Source: an uncultured Candidatus Entotheonella sp.
GTDB taxonomy: Bacteria; Tectomicrobia; Entotheonellia; Entotheonellales; Entotheonellaceae
Reading direction: 5' to 3'
Assembly (NCBI GenBank): GCA_965217185.1
Contig: OZ244252.1
Span: forward strand, 1,536,001-1,600,000
DNA: 64,000 nt
The position numbers were made by a program, and so were the translations under genes. The notes beneath the pieces were generated by a model. The model had not been told where the DNA came from. It saw only the letters and a program-made list of their open reading frames with translations, and searched no databases. Below, piece by piece: positions 39,345-49,292 of the stretch (position 1 is the first letter of the stretch; every line of letters starts with the position of its first letter).

Positions 39345-39464
39345 CTCGGGGGCGCTTGACCCCGGTTGGCGGGCATGGGATGATCCACGGCTTGTCAGCC
39401 CACCTTTTTTGCCAAATCAATCGCAACACAACGCAACCCCCATCGCCCAAGAGGAGAGGTGAAA

Positions 39465-40301
39465 ATGCTCATTGGCGTCAGCATGTTCGCAACCGATTAC
39501 GCCATCCAAATCGATGACTTGGCACGCGAGGCCGAGGCCCGAGGCTTTGAATCGCTGTGGGTTCCCGAACACACCCACATCCCCAGCAGCCGGCGGACAC
39601 CGTGGCCGGGCGGCGCCGAATTGCCGAAGGAATACAGCCATTCATACGACCCGTTCGTGGCCCTCATGTTCGCCGCTGCAGTCACCAGCACTATCAAGAT
39701 CGGCACCGCCATCTGTCTGGTCATCGAGCGCGACACCATCACCATGGCCAAGGAAATCGCCAGCCTCGACCGTCTCTCGGGTGGACGTTTTCTGTTCGGC
39801 GTCGGCGGCGGCTGGAACGCCGAAGAGATGGAGCACCACGGCACGGCATTCAAGACACGCTTCAAAAAAATGGTCGAGCAGGTGCAGGCCCTGAAAACCA
39901 TCTGGACGCAGGACGAAGCTGAGTTCCACGGTGATTTTGTCAACTTCGACGCGCTGTGGTCGTGGCCCAAACCCCTGCAGCAGCCGCACCCGCCGATCTT
40001 CCTCGGCGGCGAGACGTCTTACACCCTGCAGCGCGTGGTGGATTACTGCGACGGCTGGTTGCCGCGCAGCCGCCGTCCGGAACTGATCCTGCAAGGGATC
40101 GGCGAACTCAGGGAACGCGCTGCCAAAGCGGGACGCGACATGAAGACGATCTCCGTCACTGCCTCAGGTGCCCCCGGGGACCCCAAGTTGGTCGACAGCT
40201 ACCGCGAAGCCGGCTGCGATCGCTGCATTTTCAGCCTGCCGTCGGCTGAGCGCGACACCGTGCTGCCCCTCCTCGACAAATACGCGTCCTTCATTCAGTA
40301 G
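39465..40301 (+). CDS. LLM class F420-dependent oxidoreductase
   Basis: PEHTHIP, DPFVAL, SGGRFLFGVGGGWN, PKPLQQPHPPI. Upstream TTGACC-N17-GATGAT at 39356-39384. Confidence 0.9.
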   Translation: MLIGVSMFATDYAIQIDDLAREAEARGFESLWVPEHTHIPSSRRTPWPGGAELPKEYSHSYDPFVALMFAAAVTSTIKIGTAICLVIERDTITMAKEIASLDRLSGGRFLFGVGGGWNAEEMEHHGTAFKTRFKKMVEQVQALKTIWTQDEAEFHGDFVNFDALWSWPKPLQQPHPPIFLGGETSYTLQRVVDYCDGWLPRSRRPELILQGIGELRERAAKAGRDMKTISVTASGAPGDPKLVDSYREAGCDRCIFSLPSAERDTVLPLLDKYASFIQ

Positions 40302-40331
40302 GGACGGCTTCCAAATAGGGACTTCATTCAC

Positions 40332-41432
40332 ATGGAATTGGAAAAGCTGACGCTTCAGCACGTTGACGTGCAGGCCGTGCTGGTGCCGCTCAACCGCCCG
40401 GTGGTTTCCAGGGTCGGCCTGTACGAAGAATGGCCGCTCATTTTGATCGATCTCCACACCCACGAGGGCGTCGTTGGCCGCAGTTACCTGGCACCGTACC
40501 TGAAGCAATCGATAGCCTACCTCGTACCGGCCATTCACGACTTGGCCAAGGCGTGGCAAGGCCGGGCCTTGGCGCCTGTGGATGCTTATCAAACGGGGAG
40601 AAAGTCGCTCAGTTTGGTGGGACTGGAGGGCATGTCATTGATCGCCGTCTCGGGCCTTGACATGGCGGCCTGGGATGCACTGGCAAAAGCCGCGAACCTG
40701 CCGTTGGCCGTCCTGCTCGGCGGCTCGCTGGCGCCGGTGCCAGCCTACAACAGCAACGGCCTGTGGCTGACGCCCCTGGACACGCAGGCCGAGGAGGCGG
40801 CGGCACTGGCGGAAGAGGGCGGTTTCACGGCGCTCAAACTTCGACTGGGGCGGGCCAGCCTTGACGACGACCTGACGGCCATCAGCAACGTGCGCGACGC
40901 GGTCGGCGAGGACATCAAGCTGATGTGCGATTTCAATCAGGGCTTGTCGCTCGGCGATGCCCTGGTTCGCTGCCACGACCTGGACGGCGAGGGGCTCTAC
41001 TGGTTTGAAGAACCCATCGCCTACAACAATCTGACCGGCTATGTGCAGTTGACCGGCGAACTGGCCACCCCGGTGCAACTCGGCGAGAATTTCTACGGGC
41101 CGCGCGCCGTGTACGAAGCGCTGCTTGCGGGTGCCGGCGATTACATTATGCCGGACCTGATGCGTATCGGCGGGGTGACGGGCTGGATGCGGGCCGCCGC
41201 CATTGCCGGCGTGGCCGGTATCGAGATGTCATCGCATCTCTACCCGGAAGTATCCAGCCATTTGCTGCGCGTCAGCGAGACCGGGCATTGGCTGGAGTGG
41301 CAGGATTGGTGCGAGCTCATCCTGGCAGATCCATTCAAACTGCAGGATGGACATCTGATGATTCCGGACGTGCCCGGCAACGGCTTGGCCTGGAACGCCG
41401 ACGCCGTTGCCCGCTACCGGTTCGAACCCTGA
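40332..41432 (+). CDS. Mandelate racemase family enolase-superfamily protein
   Basis: DMAAWDA, KLR, DFNQ, WFEEP, GEN, SSH. Confidence 0.9.
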   Translation: MELEKLTLQHVDVQAVLVPLNRPVVSRVGLYEEWPLILIDLHTHEGVVGRSYLAPYLKQSIAYLVPAIHDLAKAWQGRALAPVDAYQTGRKSLSLVGLEGMSLIAVSGLDMAAWDALAKAANLPLAVLLGGSLAPVPAYNSNGLWLTPLDTQAEEAAALAEEGGFTALKLRLGRASLDDDLTAISNVRDAVGEDIKLMCDFNQGLSLGDALVRCHDLDGEGLYWFEEPIAYNNLTGYVQLTGELATPVQLGENFYGPRAVYEALLAGAGDYIMPDLMRIGGVTGWMRAAAIAGVAGIEMSSHLYPEVSSHLLRVSETGHWLEWQDWCELILADPFKLQDGHLMIPDVPGNGLAWNADAVARYRFEP

Positions 41433-41435
41433 TGT

Positions 41436-41837
41436 TTACGGGGTGTAGGTGAGGGTAAACCGGCCGGTGGTGCGGTGGGAATCGACGGAGAGAACCCGCC
41501 ACTTGATGAGGTACAGCCCGGCGGCTAAGTCTTCGGGCAGGCGGACGGCCAGTTCCTGGGTTACGGCAGGGCCTTCCGCCATCCCAACGTCGACGCGTTC
41601 CTGGGGTTTGACTTCGCCCGTTTCGGCGTCTCGCAACGCACGGTGCACCGTGACTTGGCTGAAACGGCTTTCGACACGCTCGCTGAACGACAGGCGGATC
41701 GCTTCAGGAAGCTGGGCGATTTCGGAATCAGCAGCCGGTTGGCTGCGAGTCAGCATTCCGTGCGACACCGAGATGGACGGCAGTAATACGGTCAACGCGA
41801 CTAGGGCCAGCCAGCGACTTATCTGAGCGATAGTCAT
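41436..41837 (-). CDS. copC: Copper resistance protein CopC
   Basis: Signal peptide then H-x-x-L-x-x-SQP; LSFSE; Y...WRVLSVDSH. Confidence 0.85.
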   Translation of the reverse strand: MTIAQISRWLALVALTVLLPSISVSHGMLTRSQPAADSEIAQLPEAIRLSFSERVESRFSQVTVHRALRDAETGEVKPQERVDVGMAEGPAVTQELAVRLPEDLAAGLYLIKWRVLSVDSHRTTGRFTLTYTP

Positions 41838-41854
41838 ATCGATAGGCTCTCCAT

Positions 41855-42331
41855 CTAACGGGTCTGCAGTTCTACCCGGGTAACCCGCCGGCCATCGTAG
41901 GTGAAGCGGATTTCGAATCCGACCGCGCCGCCGAGGCAGGCACTCCGGCAACGCAAAGCGTAGCGCACCATCCAGGGCGCGCCGATACCGCTTGGACGCT
42001 TGAAACGCGCTGTGGTGTGGTTGTGGGCTTTGAATTCGCTCACGTACCGCCGTACGGCCTCCCAATGCTGGGGCTCCCGGCATGACAGGGCGGGCTGCAA
42101 CGGCTCATCCGATGCGTTCCCTATGCGCCGGGTCATGACGCTGTCCATGGCAATTCTACAATCCGGGTGGAATTGCTCCAGGACGGCTTTTTCCGGTGCC
42201 GCAGGACTGACCATGTCCAGCATCAACGCCTCACCGTCCAGCCAAGTGTCCCGCACCTCCTGCCCCATCACCAGCGCCGGGGCCAGCGCCATGAAGAGCA
42301 AGAGAAAAATCGCAACCGGTATCCGGGCCAT
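41855..42331 (-). CDS. Hypothetical secreted protein with four Cys
   Basis: Signal peptide; tightly packed between the hydrolase and copC. Confidence 0.6.
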   Translation of the reverse strand: MARIPVAIFLLLFMALAPALVMGQEVRDTWLDGEALMLDMVSPAAPEKAVLEQFHPDCRIAMDSVMTRRIGNASDEPLQPALSCREPQHWEAVRRYVSEFKAHNHTTARFKRPSGIGAPWMVRYALRCRSACLGGAVGFEIRFTYDGRRVTRVELQTR

Positions 42332-42336
42332 GCGTC

Positions 42337-43209
42337 TCAACCCATGTGCTTGTGGACGAACTCGATAATCTGCGTGACGGCCTGACCGGCGGCGGCCGAG
42401 GTCGGCTTGCGGTTGATGAAACCTTCCGCCTCGCCATCGAACAACTTCAGCTCAACCTGTCCGCCGGCCCTCCGGTACTGCTCGACGAAGCGGTCCAGGT
42501 CAGGACGGGGATGCGCCACGTCCTTGGTGCCCTGCACGTAAAGCACGGGCGGCATCTCAACCGTCTCGCCGCGCTCGAGAGCCAGCACCGGGTTGCCCTC
42601 AGCCATGGCCGCTTCGTCCTGCCAGTACTGGTCGTGCAAGGGTAGAACACGATCAACGAGTTCCGGGTAAGGCTCACCGCTGTCCCGCAGGTTCTTGGCA
42701 TAGTGGTAGCGTGCCAGAGGATCAATGACCGGCCAGCACAGGATGACGTAATCCAGGCCCATCTCCACGTCCGTGGCGCCGTACGGCGGCTTGAAGGCAG
42801 CGTAACGCGGGTCATGCGGCCGCATGGCCAGCAGCATCGCCTGGTGGCCGCCGCTGGAGACCCCGAGGGCGCCCACTTTGTCCACACGAAGGCCCAGCGT
42901 GTCGGCCCGCGTTTTCAGCCAGCGGATGCCGTAATGGATATCCGTCAATGAGGCTGGGTACGGCGCATCGGGCGGCATGCGAAAATCGAGCGCCGCTACC
43001 GCTACCCCGCTGCGCGCCAAGCCCTCGCTGATAACCACGTCGTTCAGCCGGTCGCCACGGCACCAGGCGCCGCCGTGAAGATCCACCAGCAGCGGAAACG
43101 GTCCCTCGCCGCGCGGCTTGTACAGGCGCGCCAGCAATGCCTTGTTGCCGAAACGCAGGTATTCGATGTCTTCCACTTCGATGTCGTGAACGGTCAGGGC
43201 TGCCGCCAT
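42337..43209 (-). CDS. Alpha/beta hydrolase (HSL-like esterase)
   Basis: HGGAW oxyanion motif, GVSSGG nucleophile elbow, GTKD. The expected catalytic His position reads EGF. Confidence 0.88.
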   Translation of the reverse strand: MAAALTVHDIEVEDIEYLRFGNKALLARLYKPRGEGPFPLLVDLHGGAWCRGDRLNDVVISEGLARSGVAVAALDFRMPPDAPYPASLTDIHYGIRWLKTRADTLGLRVDKVGALGVSSGGHQAMLLAMRPHDPRYAAFKPPYGATDVEMGLDYVILCWPVIDPLARYHYAKNLRDSGEPYPELVDRVLPLHDQYWQDEAAMAEGNPVLALERGETVEMPPVLYVQGTKDVAHPRPDLDRFVEQYRRAGGQVELKLFDGEAEGFINRKPTSAAAGQAVTQIIEFVHKHMG

Positions 43210-43368
43210 GCGCTTCTCCTTCCGAATACGTAATCCTTGTTCAGGTCCGTCCTACCCACTCGTCACACCGGGATTGCTTTTAAGGGTAGGTTCTTAACCC
43301 GAGCTTCCTTAAAATGTACCTCTCAATCATCACCGAATCATCTAGCCAACACAAGGAAGGAAGCATCC

Positions 43369-43890
43369 ATGCAACAACTCGATATTCTGGCTTCAGCTCT
43401 GCAGATGAACGCTGGCCTGGTCCAACGAGCCCTCGAAGGACTCTCCGACGATGACCTCACCAGGCGCCCCAGCGATCAATGCAACCCCATCGGCTGGACC
43501 CTTTGGCATCAATACCGTTACGAAGACCGGGTTGTCGCCGGCATCACCGGCGAACAGCAGGTTTGGGTCTCCGACGGCTGGCACGACAAGTTCGGTATGC
43601 CCGCCGATGCCGACCAGCTCGGTATGGGCAATTCGTTGGAACAAGTCGGCGCCTTTCGCGCCACACTGGACAATTTGCAGGGATACGGCGCTGCGGTACG
43701 TGAGAAGACACTGGCATGCCTGCAGACCATCACGCCCGAAGAACTTGAACGCGAGCTGGAGGCACCGGGCGGCGCGACACGGACTGCAGGGGTTTCTTTG
43801 GGTGTCCTGCTGCTCGACCACTTCCACCACAGCGGCCAGGTGTGCTATCTGCGGGGATTCATCACGGGCAAGGGCTGGTTCGCGGCCTGA
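43369..43890 (+). CDS. DinB superfamily protein (paralog of 14198-14728)
   Basis: CNPIGWTLWH ... DHFHHSGQVCYLRG; AGGAAG Shine-Dalgarno. Confidence 0.85.
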   Translation: MQQLDILASALQMNAGLVQRALEGLSDDDLTRRPSDQCNPIGWTLWHQYRYEDRVVAGITGEQQVWVSDGWHDKFGMPADADQLGMGNSLEQVGAFRATLDNLQGYGAAVREKTLACLQTITPEELERELEAPGGATRTAGVSLGVLLLDHFHHSGQVCYLRGFITGKGWFAA

Positions 43891-43905
43891 TCGGTCTCCC
43901 GACGC

Positions 43906-43937
43906 ACCAAGGGCCGCGACGATGCGCGGCCCTTGGT
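43906..43937. terminator. Hairpin between convergent DinB and tRNA genes
   Basis: Perfect 13-bp stem accaagggccgcg/cgcggcccttggt with a 6-nt loop. Confidence 0.7.
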
Positions 43938-43965
43938 AACTCCAATCAAAAAGCTGTAAAGGGAG

Positions 43966-44040
<75 letters not shown>

Positions 44041-44050
44041 GACGGAAAGG

Positions 44051-44123
44051 TGAGCCGTGCTGGACTCGAACCAGCGACCCGCTGCTTAAAAGGCAGCTGC
44101 TCTACCGCCTGAGCTAACGGCCC
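44051..44123 (-). tRNA. tRNA-Lys(TTT)
   Basis: GGGCCGT/ACGGCTC acceptor stem; anticodon loop CTTTTAA; TTCGAGT T-loop; followed by CCT, not CCA. Confidence 0.96.
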
Positions 44124-44181
44124 GTCGAGGACGCTGGTCTCTCTGACGAAAGCTACACAGCTTGCAACTGCATGAAACACA

Positions 44182-44210
44182 AGCATAATAACTGGATTCC
44201 GACCTGTCAA
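44182..44210 (-). promoter_or_regulatory. Sigma70 promoter of the tRNA-Lys/Glu operon
   Basis: TTGACA-N17-TATGCT. Confidence 0.8.
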
Positions 44211-44240
44211 CCTGTGCCGCCAGCTCGCCCAAAATCCTTC

Positions 44241-44269
44241 TTGCACCACCGGGGTCCCTCTGATAGAGT
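44241..44269 (+). promoter_or_regulatory. Sigma70 promoter of the ilvE operon
   Basis: TTGCAC-N17-TAGAGT with extended TGn. Confidence 0.55.
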
Positions 44270-44346
44270 GTCGCCCCTTTCAATTACCAAAGGCGAGGAA
44301 GCCTAAGCGGGAAGCGGCATTATAGGTGCCTTGGGGAGGAACCAGC

Positions 44347-45261
44347 ATGGAGGCCACCAAGAAAATCTGGATGGACGGCACGTTCGTAAATTGGGACGAT
44401 GCCCAAGTCCACGTCCTCAGCCACACCCTGCATTACGGCTTGGGTGTATTCGAGGGCATCCGGTGCTACGATACCGCCGCCGGCCCCGCCATTTTCCGCC
44501 TCCCCGAACATACCGACCGCCTGTTCAACTCGGCGCACATCGCGGGACTCAAAATGCCGTTCAGCCGCGAGGATATCGGCCAGGCCATCACCGACACCGT
44601 GAAAGTCAACGAGGTGCGCGAATGCTATATTCGCCCCCTTGTTTACCTGGGCTACGGCGAACTCGGCATCAATAACAGCCACTGTCCGGTGTGCGTCAGT
44701 ATCGCGGTGTGGCCTTGGGGTGCATATCTGGGCGAGGGCGCCCTTTCCGAGGGCATTCGCGTGTGCATCTCCTCCTATACCCGCCACCACGTCAACGTCA
44801 TGATGACCAAGGCGAAGGTGGTCGGCAATTACGCCAATTCGCAGTTTGCCAAGATGGAAGCCATTCATTCCGGTTACGATGAAGCGATCATGCTCGACGT
44901 GCAGGGCAACGTCGGCGAAGGCTCCGGCGAGAACATCTTCATCGTGCGCGACGGCGTCCTCAAGACGCCCCCGCTGACCGCCATCCTGGAAGGCATCACG
45001 CGCAACTCCGTCATCGACTTGGCGCGCAACATGGGGCTCACCGTGCGCGAAACCGTCTTTTCCCGCGATGAGCTATACATCGCCGACGAGGTGTTCTTCA
45101 CCGGCACCGCGGCGGAACTGACGCCCATCCGTGAAGTCGATAATCGCGCGATCGGCAATGGCTTTCCCGGACCCATAACCCACAAGTTGCAACAAGCCTT
45201 TTTCAGAATCGTGCAGGGCAAGGACGACGCGTTCAAGTCCTGGCTAACCCTCATCACGTAA
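44347..45261 (+). CDS. ilvE: Branched-chain amino acid aminotransferase
   Basis: [43 protein letters not shown]. Confidence 0.96.
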   Translation: MEATKKIWMDGTFVNWDDAQVHVLSHTLHYGLGVFEGIRCYDTAAGPAIFRLPEHTDRLFNSAHIAGLKMPFSREDIGQAITDTVKVNEVRECYIRPLVYLGYGELGINNSHCPVCVSIAVWPWGAYLGEGALSEGIRVCISSYTRHHVNVMMTKAKVVGNYANSQFAKMEAIHSGYDEAIMLDVQGNVGEGSGENIFIVRDGVLKTPPLTAILEGITRNSVIDLARNMGLTVRETVFSRDELYIADEVFFTGTAAELTPIREVDNRAIGNGFPGPITHKLQQAFFRIVQGKDDAFKSWLTLIT

Positions 45262-45321
45262 GACCCAACGCGAACGACCCAACCCCTCGGTCTGTGGCCT
45301 GTCGGCAAGAAGGAAGAGAAC

Positions 45322-46026
45322 ATGGTTTACGCCAAAATTTTGGCTGTAGATCAAGATCAGGCCGCCTATGAAACCCTGCTCCCGGAATTGTCCAAGCACG
45401 GCTATGAACTCCACCCCGTAACCACTTCCTCCAAAGCTATCGCCCTCGCCGGCGCGCACGATTACCATGCGGCCCTGGTGTCGTTCACGCTGCTTGATGT
45501 TCACGTGTTGCTGGCCGATTTGCGGGACGCCATTCCACACTTGCCAATCATTTTAGCGATGTCCGCGGACCACAACGGCATTCCCTCTCAGGTCTTGAAG
45601 CTGGTGACAAACATTGTTGGCAAGCCGCTAAGCCTCGAACTCGTGCGCCTGATGCTCGATCGCACTCTGGAATTGGCCGCGCTGCGTGCGCAGTTACGCG
45701 AAGAACGGCACGTGCTGAACCTGAACGACATGCTGCAAATCGCCCATCGCGAAGCCGACGGCGACGGTCTGCAAATGCAGGAATTGTGGTCGGAAACACT
45801 GGTCAGCAGGCTGCACCGCCTCGTACGAAGCGTCAGGGAAATGGGCCGCGGCTCCCTTTACCATACGGTCTTGTCGTGCTTCGAAAGACTGCTGCTGGCC
45901 ATCGTTCTCGCGGAGTGTCGGGGCAATCAGGTCAAGTCGGCAGCCATCCTGGGTATCAATCGCAATACCCTGCGCAAGAAGATCTCCGCCCTTGGTCTGT
46001 CGGACCTGCGCAGCCGCATCCCGTAA
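45322..46026 (+). CDS. Pseudo-receiver domain + Fis-type HTH regulator
   Basis: KILAVDQD...KP receiver-like fold lacking the phospho-Asp; C-terminal GNQVKSAAILGINRNTLRKK; no AAA+ domain. Confidence 0.75.
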   Translation: MVYAKILAVDQDQAAYETLLPELSKHGYELHPVTTSSKAIALAGAHDYHAALVSFTLLDVHVLLADLRDAIPHLPIILAMSADHNGIPSQVLKLVTNIVGKPLSLELVRLMLDRTLELAALRAQLREERHVLNLNDMLQIAHREADGDGLQMQELWSETLVSRLHRLVRSVREMGRGSLYHTVLSCFERLLLAIVLAECRGNQVKSAAILGINRNTLRKKISALGLSDLRSRIP

Positions 46027-46028
46027 CA

Positions 46029-46790
46029 ATGACTCACGCCCTACCCTCTCTGGCAGTCGTCGTTCTTGCCGCCGGCAAAGGCACCCGAATGCAGTCCCCG
46101 CTCCCCAAAGTCTTGCTTCCCCTGGCTGGCTGTCCCCTCGTTGCGCATGTGCTGACGGCTGTTCAGCCGCTGGCGCCCCAGCATCTCATTGCCGTGGTGG
46201 GCCATCAGGCCGATGCCGTGCGGCGTGTGTGCGAACCCTACGGAGCGTGCTGCGTGGTGCAAGAGCCACAACTGGGCACCGGACATGCGGTCGTACAAAC
46301 GAAAGCCCTGTTGCAGGACTTTGACGGCGATATTCTGGTACTGTGCGGTGACGTGCCGTTGCTAAACACGGCAACCCTGCGCCGCCTGCTTGATGCGCAC
46401 CAGCAACAACAGGCGGCACTCACACTGTTGACGACGTGCTTGGATGATCCCACGGGTTACGGCCGCATCATGCGGAACCACCGAGGTAATGTCGCCGGCA
46501 TCGTCGAAGAACGGGACGCCTCGCCCAGCCAGAAAGCGGTGTGCGAGATCAACAGCGGCGTGTACTGCTTACGGTCTTCCTTTTTGTTTGCCGCCCTGCC
46601 CCGCGTCGGACGGCACAACGCACAGGGCGAGCAGTATCTGACCGACGTTGTTGGGCTGGCAGCGGCAGATGGGCGGCCCATTGCACATCTCGCCACAGAG
46701 CCGGAAGAAATTCTGGGTATCAACACCCCGGCAGATTTGGCGCGTCTTGAAACCCTCTTGCGCAATCGGCGCGGCAACGAATCATCATGA
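46029..46790 (+). CDS. glmU: GlmU-like uridyltransferase, N-terminal domain only
   Basis: LAAGKGTRM..PKVL, QLGTGHA, GDVP, GYGRI, EINSG, EQYLTD, GIN; ends before the beta-helix acetyltransferase domain. Confidence 0.85.
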   Translation: MTHALPSLAVVVLAAGKGTRMQSPLPKVLLPLAGCPLVAHVLTAVQPLAPQHLIAVVGHQADAVRRVCEPYGACCVVQEPQLGTGHAVVQTKALLQDFDGDILVLCGDVPLLNTATLRRLLDAHQQQQAALTLLTTCLDDPTGYGRIMRNHRGNVAGIVEERDASPSQKAVCEINSGVYCLRSSFLFAALPRVGRHNAQGEQYLTDVVGLAAADGRPIAHLATEPEEILGINTPADLARLETLLRNRRGNESS

Positions 46791-48970
46791 CATCCCCCTG
46801 GCAGCCCCAGCTCAACACGCCGCAGTGGGAAGCGGTGCAACACACCGAGGGCCCCGTTCTTATCCTGGCCGGTGCCGGTTCGGGGAAAACGCGCGTCATC
46901 ACCCACCGCATCGCCCACCTGATCCGCAATTGCGGGGTGAGCGCCGAACAGATCCTGGCGGTGACATTCACCAACAAGGCGGCCCAGGAAATGCGGCAAC
47001 GGGTTCACGGCCTGCTCGGCGCCACCGGCTTTCCGCTGTGGCTCAGCACCTTCCACGCCGCCTGTGCGCGCCTGTTGCGCCGTGAAGCCGAGCACCTTGG
47101 CCTCGCGCCCAATTTCGTCATCTACGACGCGGCGGATCAACTGTCGCTGGTCAAACAGTGCGTGCGTGACCTGGAAATCGCCGACGACCTGTACGCCCCG
47201 CAACAGATTCGGCGGCGCATCAGCACCTTGAAGAACGACCTCGTCGACGCCGAAGCATTCCAGCGCGACTCGCAAGATTATGGGCTCGACGCTGTGGTCG
47301 CCCGCGTGTACGGCGCCTACCAGGAACGCCTGCGCGAGAACGCCGCCCTCGATTTCGACGATCTGCTCATGCACACCGTCCAGATGCTGCGCCGCCACGA
47401 CGCCATCCGGCAGCGCTACCAACATCGCCTGCGCTTCATCATGGTGGACGAGTACCAGGATACCAACATGGCGCAGTATCACCTGCTCAACCTGCTGGCG
47501 GCGGAGCACCGCAACCTGTGCGTGGTGGGCGATGACGACCAGAGCGTGTACCGCTTTCGCGGCGCCAACGTGCGCAACATTCTCAACTTCGAGCGCGATT
47601 ACCCCGACGCCAAAGTCATCAAGTTGGAACAGAATTATCGCTCGACGGGCACCATCCTCGAAGCCGCTACCGCGGTGGTATCGAAGAACCCGGACCGGCG
47701 GGACAAGACCCTGTGGACGGCGAACACCCGCGGCGTGCCCATCGGCTACTTCTGCGCCCAGGACGACATGCACGAGGCCGAAGTCATCTGCCAGAACATT
47801 CTGGGACTGCAGAACGCCGAGGGTTTGACGTTGAAAGACTTCGCCGTTTTCTACCGCACCAACGCACAGTCGCGGGTGCTGGAAGACGGCCTGCGGCGCG
47901 CCGACATTCCGTACCAGATCGTCGGCGGACTGCGCTTCTACGACCGCCAGGAAATCAAGGACGCCCTGGCATACATGCGCTTGCTGACCAACCCGCGGGA
48001 TACGTTGAGCCTGCGACGTATCATCAACGTGCCGCGGCGCGGCATTGGCAACACGACCTGGGCACGGCTGGAAGCGCTGGCGCAGGAAAACGGCATCAGC
48101 GGCCTTAAGGCATTGGAACGGATCGCGGACGGCGAGGCGGACGCCGGTATCGGCAAGGCCGCCCTCGGACGCCTACGGGGTTTTCACGAACTCCTGAAAG
48201 ATCTCATGGCCAAAGTTCCCGACATGGCAGCGGCAGATCTCATCTACGAGGTGCTCGACGCCAGTGGCTATCTGGCGCAACTGAAGGCCGACCGAACCGT
48301 GGAAGCGCAGACCCGGCTGGAGAACCTGAGCGAGCTGGTAAACGCCGCCGCCGACTACGATCAGCAGGCCGATGAACCAAGCTTGCAGGGCTTTCTGGAG
48401 CATACGGCCCTGGTTTCGGACCAGGACAGCCTGCAGGACGACCGCGGCGCTGTGACGCTGATGACCCTGCACGCCTCGAAGGGCCTGGAATTTCCGGTGG
48501 TGTTCATCACCGGCATGGAGAATGGCTTGTTCCCGCATAGCCGCTCGTTCGATGAACCTCTCGAGATGGAGGAAGAGCGACGCCTTTGCTACGTAGGCAT
48601 GACGCGCGCCGAACGCTGGCTCTTCCTCACTAGCGCAGTTTCGCGACGTCTGTACGGAAACGAGCAGCAGCAGATGCCGTCGGCGTTTTTGCTGGATATT
48701 CCCATGACGTGCATTACCAATCATTCGGCGCAGTCGGAAGTTCTCAGCCATGAGGAGCGCCGTCATAGAGCGCCGCGACGTGCTCAGTCGCCGCCATCAG
48801 TGCCGGCGGAGAACTTAGCCGCTGGCGCCGTCGTCCAGCATGCGCAGTTCGGGCGCGGCGTCGTGCAGAAATGCGAGGGCGAAGGCGATGCCCTGAAGCT
48901 CACGATCGTCTTCAGCGACTACGGCGTCAAGAAGATCATGCCGAAGTACGCCAGCATGCAAGTGCTGTGA
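46787..48970 (+). CDS. pcrA: ATP-dependent DNA helicase PcrA/UvrD
   Basis: AGAGSGKT, TFTNKAA, DEYQDTN, GDDDQS, NYRS, HASKGLEF, EERRLCYVGMTRA. Confidence 0.96.
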   Translation: MTSPWQPQLNTPQWEAVQHTEGPVLILAGAGSGKTRVITHRIAHLIRNCGVSAEQILAVTFTNKAAQEMRQRVHGLLGATGFPLWLSTFHAACARLLRREAEHLGLAPNFVIYDAADQLSLVKQCVRDLEIADDLYAPQQIRRRISTLKNDLVDAEAFQRDSQDYGLDAVVARVYGAYQERLRENAALDFDDLLMHTVQMLRRHDAIRQRYQHRLRFIMVDEYQDTNMAQYHLLNLLAAEHRNLCVVGDDDQSVYRFRGANVRNILNFERDYPDAKVIKLEQNYRSTGTILEAATAVVSKNPDRRDKTLWTANTRGVPIGYFCAQDDMHEAEVICQNILGLQNAEGLTLKDFAVFYRTNAQSRVLEDGLRRADIPYQIVGGLRFYDRQEIKDALAYMRLLTNPRDTLSLRRIINVPRRGIGNTTWARLEALAQENGISGLKALERIADGEADAGIGKAALGRLRGFHELLKDLMAKVPDMAAADLIYEVLDASGYLAQLKADRTVEAQTRLENLSELVNAAADYDQQADEPSLQGFLEHTALVSDQDSLQDDRGAVTLMTLHASKGLEFPVVFITGMENGLFPHSRSFDEPLEMEEERRLCYVGMTRAERWLFLTSAVSRRLYGNEQQQMPSAFLLDIPMTCITNHSAQSEVLSHEERRHRAPRRAQSPPSVPAENLAAGAVVQHAQFGRGVVQKCEGEGDALKLTIVFSDYGVKKIMPKYASMQVL

Positions 48971-48987
48971 GGGAGAAAGACACTGGT

Positions 48988-49287
48988 ATGACCGACGGGC
49001 GTATCATTTCCGAACAACAGGTAGCGAACGTCGCTCGTCTGGCCCGCTTGGCCCTGGATGCCGATGAGCAACGGCGGCTCACCGATCAATTGAACGCCAT
49101 CCTGACCTACGTGGAACAGTTGAACGAGGTGCCGACCGAGGGCGTAGAACCGACGGCGCACGTTTTCGACCTCGTGAATGTCTACCGCGCCGACGAGACG
49201 CGCCGAACTCTGAACAGTGGTGCGGCTCTGTCCAATGCCCCAGAAACGGAGCAACACTTCTTCGTCGTGCCCCGGATCGTGGAGTAA
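48988..49287 (+). CDS. gatC: Asp/Glu-tRNA amidotransferase subunit C
   Basis: VARLARL, VEPTAH, NAP...FFVVPRIVE; upstream of gatA. Confidence 0.94.
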   Translation: MTDGRIISEQQVANVARLARLALDADEQRRLTDQLNAILTYVEQLNEVPTEGVEPTAHVFDLVNVYRADETRRTLNSGAALSNAPETEQHFFVVPRIVE

Positions 49288-49292
49288 CCAGC

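Noticed and set aside
44195..44206. Partial REP-like word (attccgacctg) in the tRNA promoter spacer
   Set aside because: Only about 10 bp, with no second palindrome arm.
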